64,000 nucleotides of DNA. Origin: Vulcanimicrobiota bacterium (GTDB taxonomy: Bacteria > Vulcanimicrobiota > Vulcanimicrobiia > Vulcanimicrobiales > Vulcanimicrobiaceae). Where the stretch lies: assembly GCA_963695225.1 (NCBI GenBank), contig OY968762.1, forward strand, positions 160,001-224,000. Reading direction: 5' to 3'. Position 1 is the first letter of the stretch; the number at the start of each line of letters is the position of its first letter. This document shows, piece after piece, positions 39,912 through 50,250 of the stretch. The position numbers and the translations under genes are program-made. Under the pieces are notes generated by a model. The model was given only the letters and a program-made list of their open reading frames with translations. It ran no database searches and was not told the DNA's origin.

Positions 39912-40335
39912 GATGCTGAACCTCGAGAGCGCATGCGTTGCGGTGTGCACACTTGCCGCGCTCAACGAGTCGCCCGTTTGCGCGTTGCCGGGCGTATCGA
40001 GAAGGCAGGCTCTCAGTATAGCCCTCACGGCGGCCGTGGGGTATCGTGAACCCAGGGGATATGAGCGGCACGTAGCGACGCCCAACTTTCCCCCAAGTAG
40101 AAATGTCCGGTTGCTTGGTCGAAGCTTCCACTACGGAGCTTCTTATCGCGAGCACGAACGGGCGCCCGGGTCACCGCCGTCTACAGACGTGGCGGGACTT
40201 CTGGATGTCGTGGCCGTCTAGCGGCACGCGAAGGCGACGGCCGTCGAGAGCTACTGCGGTGCCGCCGCGGCCATTTGCGCCGCCGCGAGCGGTCCCGGCA
40301 GATCAGAGTCGAGCGCTGACCGGCCCCGCTTCCAC

Positions 40336-41394
40336 CTACGCCGTAAGCGCGACGAGCGCCTGGCGCAAATCGGTGAAGGCCCCGATCGCGCCGACCTTTT
40401 GCGCAAAGTCAGGGGCGAACCGGTAGGCCGGGCCCCCTAAGACGATCTTCGGAGCACGCTCGCCGAACTCGCTGCGCACGGCATGCACCAACTCGACGAC
40501 GGACGACAAATTGGCGATGAGCGACGTCGAGATTCCCAGGAAGTCGGCTGAAACCTCACGGATGGCGCTGATGATTGCGGAGTGCGGTAAATTGCTCCCG
40601 AGAAAACGCACCGTCCAGCCCTCCGCCTCCAATGCATCGGCAACGAGATTGGCGCCGACTTGATGGAGCTCCCCGGCAACGCCGGTCACGACGATGCTGC
40701 CGCGATCGTTCACCGAGGGAGATAGCCTCTCGTAAACCGCGGCGACTGCATACTGCGTGATCGCCGTCGCTATGTGTTCCTGTGCGACGCTGATCTCGTT
40801 CGCCTCCCAAAGCTCGCCGACGCGGCGCAGAGATTTTGTGAAGACATCGACGTAGAGGTCCAAGTGCGTGTTTCCGGCCCGCAGGGCCTCGTCGACGATC
40901 TTTAGCGCGGCTTGACGCTGACCGCTCAGGATCGCGGCGAGGAAGACCTCTCTTGTCTCACCGAGCACGTCGCTCGCCTGCTCGGTGCCGCAACTCGTCT
41001 CAACTTCAACGCAGGCTTGCCGGCCTAGGGTGAGATACGGTTGAACGGCCTCGCGCTCCAGCGGGAGGAGCAGCGGAGAGATGTGCCGTTCAAGTTGCGC
41101 GAGGTTCTCTTCAACCGAGTGCGCTGCGATCCCACGCGCACCGAGCATCCTCGTCGTCCAGCGCGCGTAGCCGACGAACGCGCCGGTCGAGCCGGCCTCG
41201 ATCGCTCCGGCGAGATACTCCATGTGAAAGCCCGCGTCTTCGATGCCTAGCCTGCGGCCGCGTTCGCCATAGCGGACATCCCAATCGGGATGGTTTTGAA
41301 AGAACTCGTCGGTGATCGCTTGCGCGATCCGGCCTTTGAAGGAAAGGAGCTTGCGGGCGAGCTCCGACGGCTCTGAAACATGATGCTGCAGCAC
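40336..41394 (-). CDS. Cobalamin-binding protein with N-terminal globin/phycobiliprotein-like domain, no HTH
   Basis: GELW-x9-EH, ELHQVG, LGSNLP, GIS, VLGG motifs. Confidence 0.88.
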   Translation of the reverse strand: MLQHHVSEPSELARKLLSFKGRIAQAITDEFFQNHPDWDVRYGERGRRLGIEDAGFHMEYLAGAIEAGSTGAFVGYARWTTRMLGARGIAAHSVEENLAQLERHISPLLLPLEREAVQPYLTLGRQACVEVETSCGTEQASDVLGETREVFLAAILSGQRQAALKIVDEALRAGNTHLDLYVDVFTKSLRRVGELWEANEISVAQEHIATAITQYAVAAVYERLSPSVNDRGSIVVTGVAGELHQVGANLVADALEAEGWTVRFLGSNLPHSAIISAIREVSADFLGISTSLIANLSSVVELVHAVRSEFGERAPKIVLGGPAYRFAPDFAQKVGAIGAFTDLRQALVALTA

Positions 41395-41416
41395 TGCGAA
41401 GCCTTCCGTTTCGGCT

Positions 41417-42697
41417 TTAGGCCTGGCCGATGTAATCGATCTCGACGCGGTTTCGGCCGGCGTTCTTGGCTCGATACAATGCCGCGTCTGCGCGAGCGAC
41501 GATCTGATCGGGAGTTTCGCCTGTCCTGAAGCTCGCGATCCCAAGGCTGATCGTTATCTGTGTAGGACCGTTGGGGATCTTGATGTCGGCGACCTCTTTG
41601 CGCACTCGCTGGGCGACGGGAGCGGCTTCTTTGGCGGTCGTCCCCGGCAAGACCAGCACGAACTCTTCGCCTCCGTATCGCGCCGCCAGATCGTACGCAC
41701 GCAAATTGCTTCCGAAGACCGCAGCGGCGCCGGCGAGGACTTGGTCGCCGATAACGTGGCCGAACCGATCGTTGATCGCCTTGAAGTGATCGAGGTCCGC
41801 CATGATCACGGCTAATGGCTTCCCCTGCCGTTCGGCACGAGCGATCTCGCGCGGCAACGTCTCATCGAGCGTCCGGCGATTCGCGAGGCCGGTCAGCGCA
41901 TCGGTTCTAGCAAGCCGCGCGATCGTGTCGTTTGCCTCTTTGAGCTCTCGGTTCTTCCTCGCGCTCTCGCGCATCATCACGGTCAGCTCGTTCGTCAGCT
42001 TGAGGACATCCGTGTGAACGTGCGAATCGTGCCGCGTCTCTTCGGTCGCCAACAGCAAGAGCCCGCCGCTGCACGGGACCAGCCAAGCGACGAGCGTAAT
42101 CGGACTCTGCATCCCGTCGGTTCGATTCAGCAACAGGGAGCCCGCGTTTTGATCGTGCGAAGCCGACATCCGCCGGCGCAAGTGCTCCGCGTCCGAATGC
42201 ACCAGATAGTCCCACACGATCGTGCCGAAGTTTTTCGATGGATCCGCAGGAAAGATACGATGCGCCGCTTGATTGCGGACGCGGATCGAGCCGTCCGGAG
42301 CCAACAGCAGCGCGCAAACGTCGTTCGAATCGAGCAGCCACCGCGAGAGCGAGACCGTCTGCCCCTCGAGCGCATCGCTGAGATGTTGGATGCCGCCAGG
42401 ATCCTCGACGCTCTTTCCGATCGTGAGGGACGTAAACGCGGCATCGAGTTTCAGTCCATGCGGCATCAGGGCGTGCGACTGATGATGCGCCTCGCTGCGG
42501 TGCCAAGTTCGGAACGATTCCTCATCCGCCCAGCGCGTGAGCAGCAGAAACACGGCAGGGTCCGACGCGTCCTGGATGACGTCGAGGCCGCAGAAGCCTG
42601 CCGCGCCCTCGACCAAGCGCGGTCGGTTCACGAAGGCCGAGCGGACCTCGCCTTCCATCCCGTTGCGGACCCGGAACCGGGATATCGCCGTCAGCAT
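41417..42697 (-). CDS. Diguanylate cyclase with N-terminal ABM (IsdG-like) and PAS-like domains
   Basis: SRFRV..GF..LTRW..FRTWHRSEAHHQSH; TDALTGLANRR, DLDHFKAIND, RAYD I-site, RYGGEEF. Confidence 0.92.
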   Translation of the reverse strand: MLTAISRFRVRNGMEGEVRSAFVNRPRLVEGAAGFCGLDVIQDASDPAVFLLLTRWADEESFRTWHRSEAHHQSHALMPHGLKLDAAFTSLTIGKSVEDPGGIQHLSDALEGQTVSLSRWLLDSNDVCALLLAPDGSIRVRNQAAHRIFPADPSKNFGTIVWDYLVHSDAEHLRRRMSASHDQNAGSLLLNRTDGMQSPITLVAWLVPCSGGLLLLATEETRHDSHVHTDVLKLTNELTVMMRESARKNRELKEANDTIARLARTDALTGLANRRTLDETLPREIARAERQGKPLAVIMADLDHFKAINDRFGHVIGDQVLAGAAAVFGSNLRAYDLAARYGGEEFVLVLPGTTAKEAAPVAQRVRKEVADIKIPNGPTQITISLGIASFRTGETPDQIVARADAALYRAKNAGRNRVEIDYIGQA

Positions 42698-42921
42698 GCT
42701 ACGCAGTTTACCTCACGATCCGTCCTTGGCTTTCGGTCCTGGGCGCCAAACTCTTATAGAGGAGTATTCGTCGCAATTCGTGTTCGGCTATACGATGCCG
42801 TCGCTGCGCTCGCCGAAGAGCCGGCGCCGAAATGAGCAGGCGGTTGAAGACGTTGTGAGTGGAACCTATTGAACCGGACTAGATGCCCGGCGCTTGGAAA
42901 GCTGTCGGGGCTCCGCGGTAC

Positions 42922-43656
42922 TCAGCCGACGTGTTGTGCCGTCATCTCGCGCCAGTAGCGCGGAGCGTGGGCGGCGTGTCCTCCCCAGATCTGGAAGGTG
43001 TGCCAGACGCCCTTGCGCCAGAGCGCTTCGCTCAAGCGGCGGTTGCTCTCGAGGAAGTAATCGTGCTCGCCGACGACCAGACGAATGTCCATGGCGCGCA
43101 GGTGCTGCAAGATGCCTTCGTCTTTCAGATTCGGGACGAAGTGGGCGGGCGTGTTGAGATAGACGTCGTTATCGTAGTGGCCGCTGAAGAGGTCCGGATA
43201 CCACGCATAGGCGTGCGTGAGGTCGTAACGCCCGCTGAGCGCGACGGTCTTGCGGAAGAGCCAAGGATGCCGGAACGACATGTTGACGGCATGATAAGCG
43301 CCGATGCTGCAGCCGTGTGCCACCAGCGGTGCGTGCGGGTTGAGCATGCGCGAGAGCGGCAGCACCTCGCATAAGATGTACTCTTCGTACGAGCGGAGGC
43401 GCGCGATTCGTTCCCGCGGCGGAATACCCCAATTGTAGATGCTGTGCGAGTCGAAACTGTCGATGCAAAAGAGCTGGATGCGCCCGGCTTCAACCTTATC
43501 GCGAACGGCCTCGACGAGCCCCCAGTTCTCGTAGTCGTAGAAGCGTCCCTGACGCGTTGGGAACACCAAGACGCGGTCGCCCGCGTGCCCGAAGACAAGC
43601 AGTTCCATGTCGCGTCCGACGCGATGGCTGTACCATCGATGGTACTCGCGCCGCAT
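42922..43656 (-). CDS. Esterase family alpha/beta hydrolase
   Basis: MELLVFGHAG, GCSIGAYHA, LSGRYD. Confidence 0.85.
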   Translation of the reverse strand: MRREYHRWYSHRVGRDMELLVFGHAGDRVLVFPTRQGRFYDYENWGLVEAVRDKVEAGRIQLFCIDSFDSHSIYNWGIPPRERIARLRSYEEYILCEVLPLSRMLNPHAPLVAHGCSIGAYHAVNMSFRHPWLFRKTVALSGRYDLTHAYAWYPDLFSGHYDNDVYLNTPAHFVPNLKDEGILQHLRAMDIRLVVGEHDYFLESNRRLSEALWRKGVWHTFQIWGGHAAHAPRYWREMTAQHVG

Positions 43657-43657
43657 C

Positions 43658-44269
43658 TCAATCCGCCGCCGTCACGGGTGCGCAGAAGCGGTGATGAAAC
43701 TGCGTCAAGATCCGGGTCCAGAGGTCGTAGCCCGCCCGGTTGAGGTGCAGCCCGTCGTCGGAGAACAGCTCGGGACGCGGTGCGCCGCCACGGAGCATGG
43801 GCGTGAACACGTCAACGTAGTAGCCGTCCGGCCGGCGCTCGATCAGCTCGCGAATCCGTGCGTTGACCGTTTGAATATCGCGGAGGATCGCGGCGCGTGC
43901 CGGGCTCGGCTTGATCGAGATGAATCCGAAGGGGATCGCGCCGCACCGTCGATCGACTTGCTCGGCGATGCCGTAGAACGATGCGACGACGTCGTCGGGG
44001 CTCTGCCCGTCGCCCAGATCGTTGTCGCCCGCGTAGACGACGAGCGCCGATGGGCGCAGCGGCGGAACGATGCGCTCGAAGAAGTGGCTGCACGCGGCGA
44101 GCGTGGACCCGCCGAAGCCGGCGTTCACGGCGCGCTCGCACGCGAGATCCGCCGCGAGCGAATCCCAGAGCGTGATGGACGAGCTTCCGTAGAAGACGGC
44201 AGGTGCGGCGATCGGCACCGCCGCGAGGCGGTTCACCAGCTGTGCCACTTCGGCTTCGTACCAGTCCAT
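43658..44269 (-). CDS. SGNH/GDSL hydrolase
   Basis: FYGSSSI, NAGFGGS, YAGDND, DGLHLN. Confidence 0.9.
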   Translation of the reverse strand: MDWYEAEVAQLVNRLAAVPIAAPAVFYGSSSITLWDSLAADLACERAVNAGFGGSTLAACSHFFERIVPPLRPSALVVYAGDNDLGDGQSPDDVVASFYGIAEQVDRRCGAIPFGFISIKPSPARAAILRDIQTVNARIRELIERRPDGYYVDVFTPMLRGGAPRPELFSDDGLHLNRAGYDLWTRILTQFHHRFCAPVTAAD

Positions 44270-44581
44270 AGGCCGGCTTAACTTAGTCGAGCGCTCAAAC
44301 CGCAAGGTTTCATGGGTTTATGACCGACACGCCGCAACCTTCGAAACCCGGCACATTGCGACGCTCCATTCGGCATTGATGCAACATATAGCAATGATAG
44401 CATTCGACTGGCGATCATGTCGTCAACTCGCGTTGTAGGTCGTGGCAGTGTGTTAATCAGCTGGCTTTCGTCTGCTGGAGGGGCCGCCATTCGCTCCGGG
44501 TTCGCCCGTCGAACTACAGGCTGGCGGGGCGTTCGACGACGAGGATATGGGCGTCAATATGCGGCTCCGCGAGATGCGGAG

Positions 44582-45280
44582 CTACTTGATGTAGTCGAGC
44601 ATCTCGCGCGCGTCTTTCGCGTGTGGTCCGTTGGGAGCTAGGTCGAGGTACTTCTGCAGTGCCTCAGCGGTCCCGGGGGGCGGGATCGTCTTGCCGTCCG
44701 TCACGGTCGATTGTGCGAAGAGCAATGACCCCTTTATGAAGTATGCATTGGCACGTTCCGGATCGGCCGCGATCGACGCATTGCAAGCCGCGAGGGTACC
44801 GTCCATTCGACCGATGTTGTAGAGGACCGCGCAGACGCTGAAGTACGCGAGTCCGGGATTGGTCGCGAGCGGCGCAGCCTTCGTGTAGGCGGCGATCGCC
44901 TCGTCGGTTCGCTTCAGGCGCAAGTCCGCATTGCCCATTTGCATCAGGAGTGCGCTGAGCGCCGCCTTCGTTGGGGCCGGAGAAACGGCTGGCAATTGCG
45001 CAGCATCCCACGCCCGGCCGTAGCTGTCGACCGCGTCCAGATATTCCGCGTTGCCCAACTGTGCATCGCCGAGGAGTTTGAGATAGTCCCACCGGACCGA
45101 ATGGCTGACCAGCTTCTTTGCAGCAACTTCGGCGTCGACCCAGTTCTTGGCGGCGATGGCCGCCTGCGCACTCGTGAGGAGGGTCTGCTCGCCGTCCATC
45201 GTCTGCGCAACGGCGGGCCCGTGCGCCAGTAGCGCGACGAACGCCAGTATACCGGCCACCAGCAGCGCAAGGAACCGCAT
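44582..45280 (-). CDS. Secreted TPR protein
   Basis: Signal peptide; TPR-like helices; ALQKYLDLAPNG. Confidence 0.8.
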   Translation of the reverse strand: MRFLALLVAGILAFVALLAHGPAVAQTMDGEQTLLTSAQAAIAAKNWVDAEVAAKKLVSHSVRWDYLKLLGDAQLGNAEYLDAVDSYGRAWDAAQLPAVSPAPTKAALSALLMQMGNADLRLKRTDEAIAAYTKAAPLATNPGLAYFSVCAVLYNIGRMDGTLAACNASIAADPERANAYFIKGSLLFAQSTVTDGKTIPPPGTAEALQKYLDLAPNGPHAKDAREMLDYIK

Positions 45281-45510
45281 AATGGGGCCGCTTCGCCGAC
45301 GGCGGCCAGGTTCCGGCCTCGCGCGTGACGCATGCGTTATCGCTGAGCCACTCAGATGATTTGAGCCCCGCAACCGGGCGCCACGGCAGGCGAGGGGGCT
45401 CTGCCGCCGCATTCCGATCGAGTTCGGCGGCTCGTAGCGGAGCCTTCTCGTTCCGATAGGCAGCGAGGTCGCCCGGAGAACCACACGTGCAACTGGCCGA
45501 CTATCCTGGG

Positions 45511-46104
45511 CTACGTCGGCACGATCAGCGATGCGAGGTCGTCGACATCGACGACGTCGGCCTGACGCGATATGATGCGGTCGACCAAGAATGCATGAAC
45601 GTCGGCTTCCGGGTCGGCACACGCGTCGCGCAGGACGATCAATCGATAGTCGCGGTCGGCGGCCTCGCGCACGATCGAGAGCACCACGCCGCTCGTGCTG
45701 ATCCCCGCGAGGACGAGCGTCGTGACGCCGGCCGCACGGAGTTGGGCGTCGAGGTCGGTCGTCGAGAACGGGCCGACGCGCGTCTTCCGCACGACAATAT
45801 CCTCCGGCGACGGCGCGAGACGCGGGTCGATGGCGGTCGCCGGGGAATCGGCACGTGCCATGTCCCCCATCGCGGCAACGCGGGCAGCCATCTTGTTTCG
45901 CAGCGGAAGAGCCCGCACGTCGTCCGCGGTGAATGCGACGCGCACGTAGCCGATGCGGCAACCCGCAGCGCGGAGCGCTGCGGCCGCCGTTGCAGCGCGC
46001 GCGACGAGCGCATCGCTGTCGGGAAGCATGCCGATTATGCCGACCTGGTAATCGAGCAGCAGCAACGCGGTTTCGCTCGGGATTATAGGGGCTATGTTGG
46101 TCAT
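45511..46104 (-). CDS. Isochorismatase / cysteine hydrolase family protein
   Basis: TALLLLDYQ, KTRVGPF, LAGISTSGVV, DACAD; AAAGGA RBS. Confidence 0.9.
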   Translation of the reverse strand: MTNIAPIIPSETALLLLDYQVGIIGMLPDSDALVARAATAAAALRAAGCRIGYVRVAFTADDVRALPLRNKMAARVAAMGDMARADSPATAIDPRLAPSPEDIVVRKTRVGPFSTTDLDAQLRAAGVTTLVLAGISTSGVVLSIVREAADRDYRLIVLRDACADPEADVHAFLVDRIISRQADVVDVDDLASLIVPT

Positions 46105-46297
46105 AGGCGGTCCTTTCATCCGACCTTACGGAAAAAGGAGACGATCGCGGCGATTATGGAGAGGCCGGCGGCCTTCGAGAGCAGCCAGACCACGGCGCCG
46201 TTCAGACTTGGGACAGCGAACGGCTTGCGCCTTCAGCCGGAGCTGACGCTTTCCCGATTATGCAGCCGACGGAACATGGAGATTTTCTTCGGGGAAG

Positions 46298-48640
46298 TCA
46301 TCGTCGCGCTGCCGGAGTCGCGCGCGAACGAAGAGCCGGTGTCGTCTCGTTGGGCGGCGTCGACGGAGTGCCGATGGTCCCAGTGACTAGCGCACTCGCG
46401 TTCCACTCGGCAATGCCCCCGAAGAGACGCAAGAACGAGGTCTGCGGCGAGGAGACGGTCACCGCATACGTCGCCGGATTCATCGTGAACGAGACGATTG
46501 CCGGATCGATCGTCTCCGCAGCGCCGGACGAAACGCCGAAGCCTCCGAAAGGCGAGAACGTGTCGAACGGGGCATGGACGTTCTCGCCGCAAACGCCCTC
46601 GGGGTTCGACGCCGGCGGATTCCCGGTACACGATGCGACGTCGTTCGGGGAGAACTGCACGGCCGGGCAGAACACATTGCCGGCATCGCCTTCGGGGCCG
46701 GCGGTTCCATTGTTGCATGGCGACGGTTGACCGTTCTGCGCCCCGAAGAAGAACGTATCCTGCGCGGGCGGCAGTGGTCCGGGCGACATCGCGTCCGTCG
46801 CGTTGAGCGTGAACGTCGCGGTCGCCGGAGGAGGCGTCGAACCCGTGAAATGGCCGCTTAACGCCGTGACCGTGGCCGTCGAGTTTCCTTGGACTTGTGG
46901 GAAATACAGGTTTTGCGGGACGGGGGACGCGTCGATCGACGGCACCGTCGGATGAACGTCGGAGCGGAACGTTACGTTGAAAGCGGTCGTGTAACTCGCG
47001 GTCCCGTTGCCCTGGTACCCACCGAGAATCGTAAACGTATCATCCTCGACGTAACTGAGGGAGCCGCTCCACTGCGTAAGGGGTACTTGATTGCTCGCCA
47101 ACCCGTCCGCGTCGACGACCTGCACGAGTCCGCTCGAGCCGTTGCCGGAGGCCGGCAGCGAAACCGTGACGCGCGATGTGCTCCACGATATCGGCTCGAG
47201 CGTGTACGTGCCGCTGGAGTCGGTGATCGTGACGGTTCCGGCCGTCAACGGGAATCGTCCGTAGATGGCGAGCGTGCCGCCCGCGGTCGTCTCGCTCGTC
47301 ATCGCCATCGTCGCGATGGAGGGGAAGGCGTATTCGACCGGCGGATTCGCGACGTTCTCCCCGCCGAGGTCGGTGACGACCAACTGAGACTGCGTGTGCA
47401 AATCGTTCGATTGAGCGTACGTCTCAGGTACACCACCCGCGCCAGTCCCGAGCGGTCCCGAACGGACTTCATTCGCGAGTGCCGTTTCCACGTCATCGAG
47501 GGGAAACGGGCGCTGCGGCGGCGTGTGCTGGGTCGCATAGCGATTCAAGCCCGTCGATCCGGATGTCGCCTCCCCAATGAGCCGATCGTACAGGAACGTG
47601 TCCGTTTGATCCGCGTCGACGCTGCCGACGCTTTTCGTCCAACCGAGATACCGTCCCACGCCTGCCGCTCCGAGCGTCGAGGTAACGGAGGCGCTGATCC
47701 TCGGACTCTGGCCCCAGCACGACTCGTTGTCAACGATCGCGCCCGGGTTAAACTGGGCGTGATATGCCACGAAGGCCGCCGTGAAAGCCCATGTCCCCGC
47801 ACACGACCCCGAGTCGGAGAGCGACTTCGAATAGAAGATCCGGCCGGCAGCATTGTCCGCCGCATATTCTGCTTTCGTCGCATCCGTGATGCACGTGGTG
47901 GAATCCATCACGTACGTCGGGGAGACGGCAGCGGAGAATCGCCTGGCCGAAGAAGGCGAAGACGTTGGCGGAGTCTGATTGCCCGTCACCATGCCATGCG
48001 TCGCGAATGCGAGCAGGTCGATGTCGGTGAGCGCGGCGACGTTGTCGAGCGTGATCGGAAGAACGCTGACGCCGTAGTCGGACGAGGCGTTGAGCCCGAC
48101 GGTGAATGCGTTTCCGAGCGCGTTCTGAATCGTCGGGTCGAACGTGAGCCTGTCCAGATCGTTGTATAAGAACGCGATCTGGTGCGTTGCGGCTCTCCCG
48201 CCGATCGCCGGGCGGACGCGCGACGCCACGCTCGATGCCACGCTCGGCGCGACGCTCGGCGCGACGCGCGCCGAAGCTGCCGTGCCGACGGCGTAGCCGA
48301 GACTTTCCGGATGATCGGCGAACACCAGGGCCGTCGATCCGTCCGGCAACGTCGCCGTGATGCCGCCGTCCGAAACGACGGCCGTCGAGAATGCACCCGA
48401 TGCGACCATCTGCGAGGCGAGCGCCGCCAGGTCCGCATTGAGATCTTGGTGCGGAAGCGTTGAGAAATACGTCTGGGCGCCCTGCAAGGCACTCGTGACG
48501 GAGGTGACAGGGAGCGGGGTCCCCGTCGGCCCCGGCGTCGGCGTCGCCTTGGCTACCGGTGTAGTGGAACCACCGCCGCCGCCGCAGGCGGCCAGGGCGA
48601 CAAAACATACCAATGCGACGACGCTTAAAGGGCGCATCAT
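46298..48640 (-). CDS. Large lipoprotein with IPT/TIG-like domain
   Basis: Lipobox LAAC + GGGGG, TPTP linker, SVAx repeats, ISWSTSRVTVSLP..SGLVQV. Confidence 0.72.
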   Translation of the reverse strand: MMRPLSVVALVCFVALAACGGGGGSTTPVAKATPTPGPTGTPLPVTSVTSALQGAQTYFSTLPHQDLNADLAALASQMVASGAFSTAVVSDGGITATLPDGSTALVFADHPESLGYAVGTAASARVAPSVAPSVASSVASRVRPAIGGRAATHQIAFLYNDLDRLTFDPTIQNALGNAFTVGLNASSDYGVSVLPITLDNVAALTDIDLLAFATHGMVTGNQTPPTSSPSSARRFSAAVSPTYVMDSTTCITDATKAEYAADNAAGRIFYSKSLSDSGSCAGTWAFTAAFVAYHAQFNPGAIVDNESCWGQSPRISASVTSTLGAAGVGRYLGWTKSVGSVDADQTDTFLYDRLIGEATSGSTGLNRYATQHTPPQRPFPLDDVETALANEVRSGPLGTGAGGVPETYAQSNDLHTQSQLVVTDLGGENVANPPVEYAFPSIATMAMTSETTAGGTLAIYGRFPLTAGTVTITDSSGTYTLEPISWSTSRVTVSLPASGNGSSGLVQVVDADGLASNQVPLTQWSGSLSYVEDDTFTILGGYQGNGTASYTTAFNVTFRSDVHPTVPSIDASPVPQNLYFPQVQGNSTATVTALSGHFTGSTPPPATATFTLNATDAMSPGPLPPAQDTFFFGAQNGQPSPCNNGTAGPEGDAGNVFCPAVQFSPNDVASCTGNPPASNPEGVCGENVHAPFDTFSPFGGFGVSSGAAETIDPAIVSFTMNPATYAVTVSSPQTSFLRLFGGIAEWNASALVTGTIGTPSTPPNETTPALRSRATPAARR

Positions 48641-48726
48641 GAACTCCAGGTCCTATGCCTACAGTTCAATGTAACGCAAGCGGGCGTGACTGCATATGGG
48701 CCGAAAGGGTCGCGCCGGTCGATGGG

Positions 48727-48978
48727 CTCGTCGCCCCCGACGGCGTCATAGTGAATGCCATCGCCCCCGGTAAATTTCTTACCGATAGCCTGCTCCAGCT
48801 CTATGGCGGCGACGAGGGCGCCCTGCGCGCCGCGGTCGCAACGGAGACCGCCATGAAACGCGTCGGCATGCCCGACGAGTTCTCGCCGATGGTCGCCTTC
48901 CTGTGCGGCGAGGGGGCGCGCTATGTGACGGGGCAGACCATCGCCGTCGACGGCGGCTCTGTGAAGAGTCTGCTCTGA
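48727..48978 (+). pseudogene. 3' fragment of an SDR oxidoreductase
   Basis: [26 protein letters not shown]; no Rossmann N-terminus or YxxxK. Confidence 0.8.
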
Positions 48979-49135
48979 GCGCTTCCAAGGGAGCCGTGCG
49001 GATGCTTCATGCTTCGGCGGACGATGGACTCGATAACGCTGGCCTGCACACGGCGCCTGAGCACTTACGTACGAGCACCAGTGACAACGAGGGTGTCCAA
49101 AAATGGTCTCGCTTGCTTGATGGCGTTGGCAGCGG

Positions 49136-49600
49136 TTAAGGGGTCATGCAGCGGCTATCGTTAATAATGAACATTCTATCTTTGCCGGGGAGTCCGACTC
49201 CCACCACGACCATCGTTATCGGATCGATCTCTTGCGGATGCGCCTTGGCGTAAATCGCCTTCCAGGTTGAGCGCAGGTAATCGGACTTTCCGCCGACGAG
49301 TTGGTAGGACCGATTCTGTTTGAAATCGAGGAACCGCGGGTCGGTGATCTTCAAAGTTCGGCCTTCAACTCCCGAGATCGTGATGCCGTCGAGCCCATGC
49401 CCGATCAGCTCGGATTGAGCCGCAGCGAGTTCAGACGACTCAATCACCTTCGACGAATGGACCGGCGGTGAGAAGCAAGCGCTTTGGCGATACGCATCAT
49501 CATCGGCGAGGGCCGAGTGAGCCGATAGCGCGACAAGGGCGACAAACGCGAAACTGACGCCACAGAGACGCCGAATCCGCAGAGAAACGAAGCGCTGCAT
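49136..49600 (-). CDS. Secreted hypothetical protein
   Basis: Signal peptide ending SALA; atypical codon use. Confidence 0.6.
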   Translation of the reverse strand: MQRFVSLRIRRLCGVSFAFVALVALSAHSALADDDAYRQSACFSPPVHSSKVIESSELAAAQSELIGHGLDGITISGVEGRTLKITDPRFLDFKQNRSYQLVGGKSDYLRSTWKAIYAKAHPQEIDPITMVVVGVGLPGKDRMFIINDSRCMTP

Positions 49601-49930
49601 AAGACCCTCGGGAAAGAGGTGCGATTTGCTCACCGCCAGGGGCCCTCGAAACGGCCCGGCGGCGACGCTGGTGTTGGGGTCCCCTCGAGAAACTGAGATT
49701 ATTGTACGCTAAGGCCGCTTGCCCGCAAGAAGCTTGCGGCGGAGGGCCGGAAACCGCCTCAGGCGACGCTCTTGTCGCCGCTCCGGACGTGGTCGCCCGT
49801 AGGGTTGATGTGGTTACCTACGTGTCGTCCTTGACGCGATGATCTGGGCTCGCGGCCTGATCGCTCTCTATTCGGCCGCCGCATCAGCTACGATCGTCCA
49901 GGGGGGCGACCTCGTGCGAAGCGCTGCCTT

Positions 49931-50027
49931 TGCGGAGATTAGGCCCGGTATTCTCCGCGATCGCCAAGTGCTCGCCGGATACGGCACTGCGGATGCCGCC
50001 GGTGGCCGAAGCACGAACTATTCGCTG
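49931..50027 (+). pseudogene. Collapsed remnant of a second fic locus
   Basis: 49931-58 resembles operator 32661-88; 49959-91 is identical to 34800-32; 49991-50027 matches 34872-908 at 34/37. Confidence 0.85.
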
Positions 50028-50250
50028 CCGGACGCGCCTGCTTGGCCCCAAAAAGATTGGAGCATGTCGCATCAATGGTGACTCGTACAGCTTACGTCGC
50101 TGCTCCCATATTCGGTCAACCGGCAACCGGTCGCTCCACAGGATGGATCAGCGCTGACCAGAACAGCAGCAGCGACGGATCGGATTTTGCACGATGTCCG
50201 GCCTCGAAGGAACAGGGGCCGGCCGCTCCCCGAAAGGAAACCGAGGGCCA

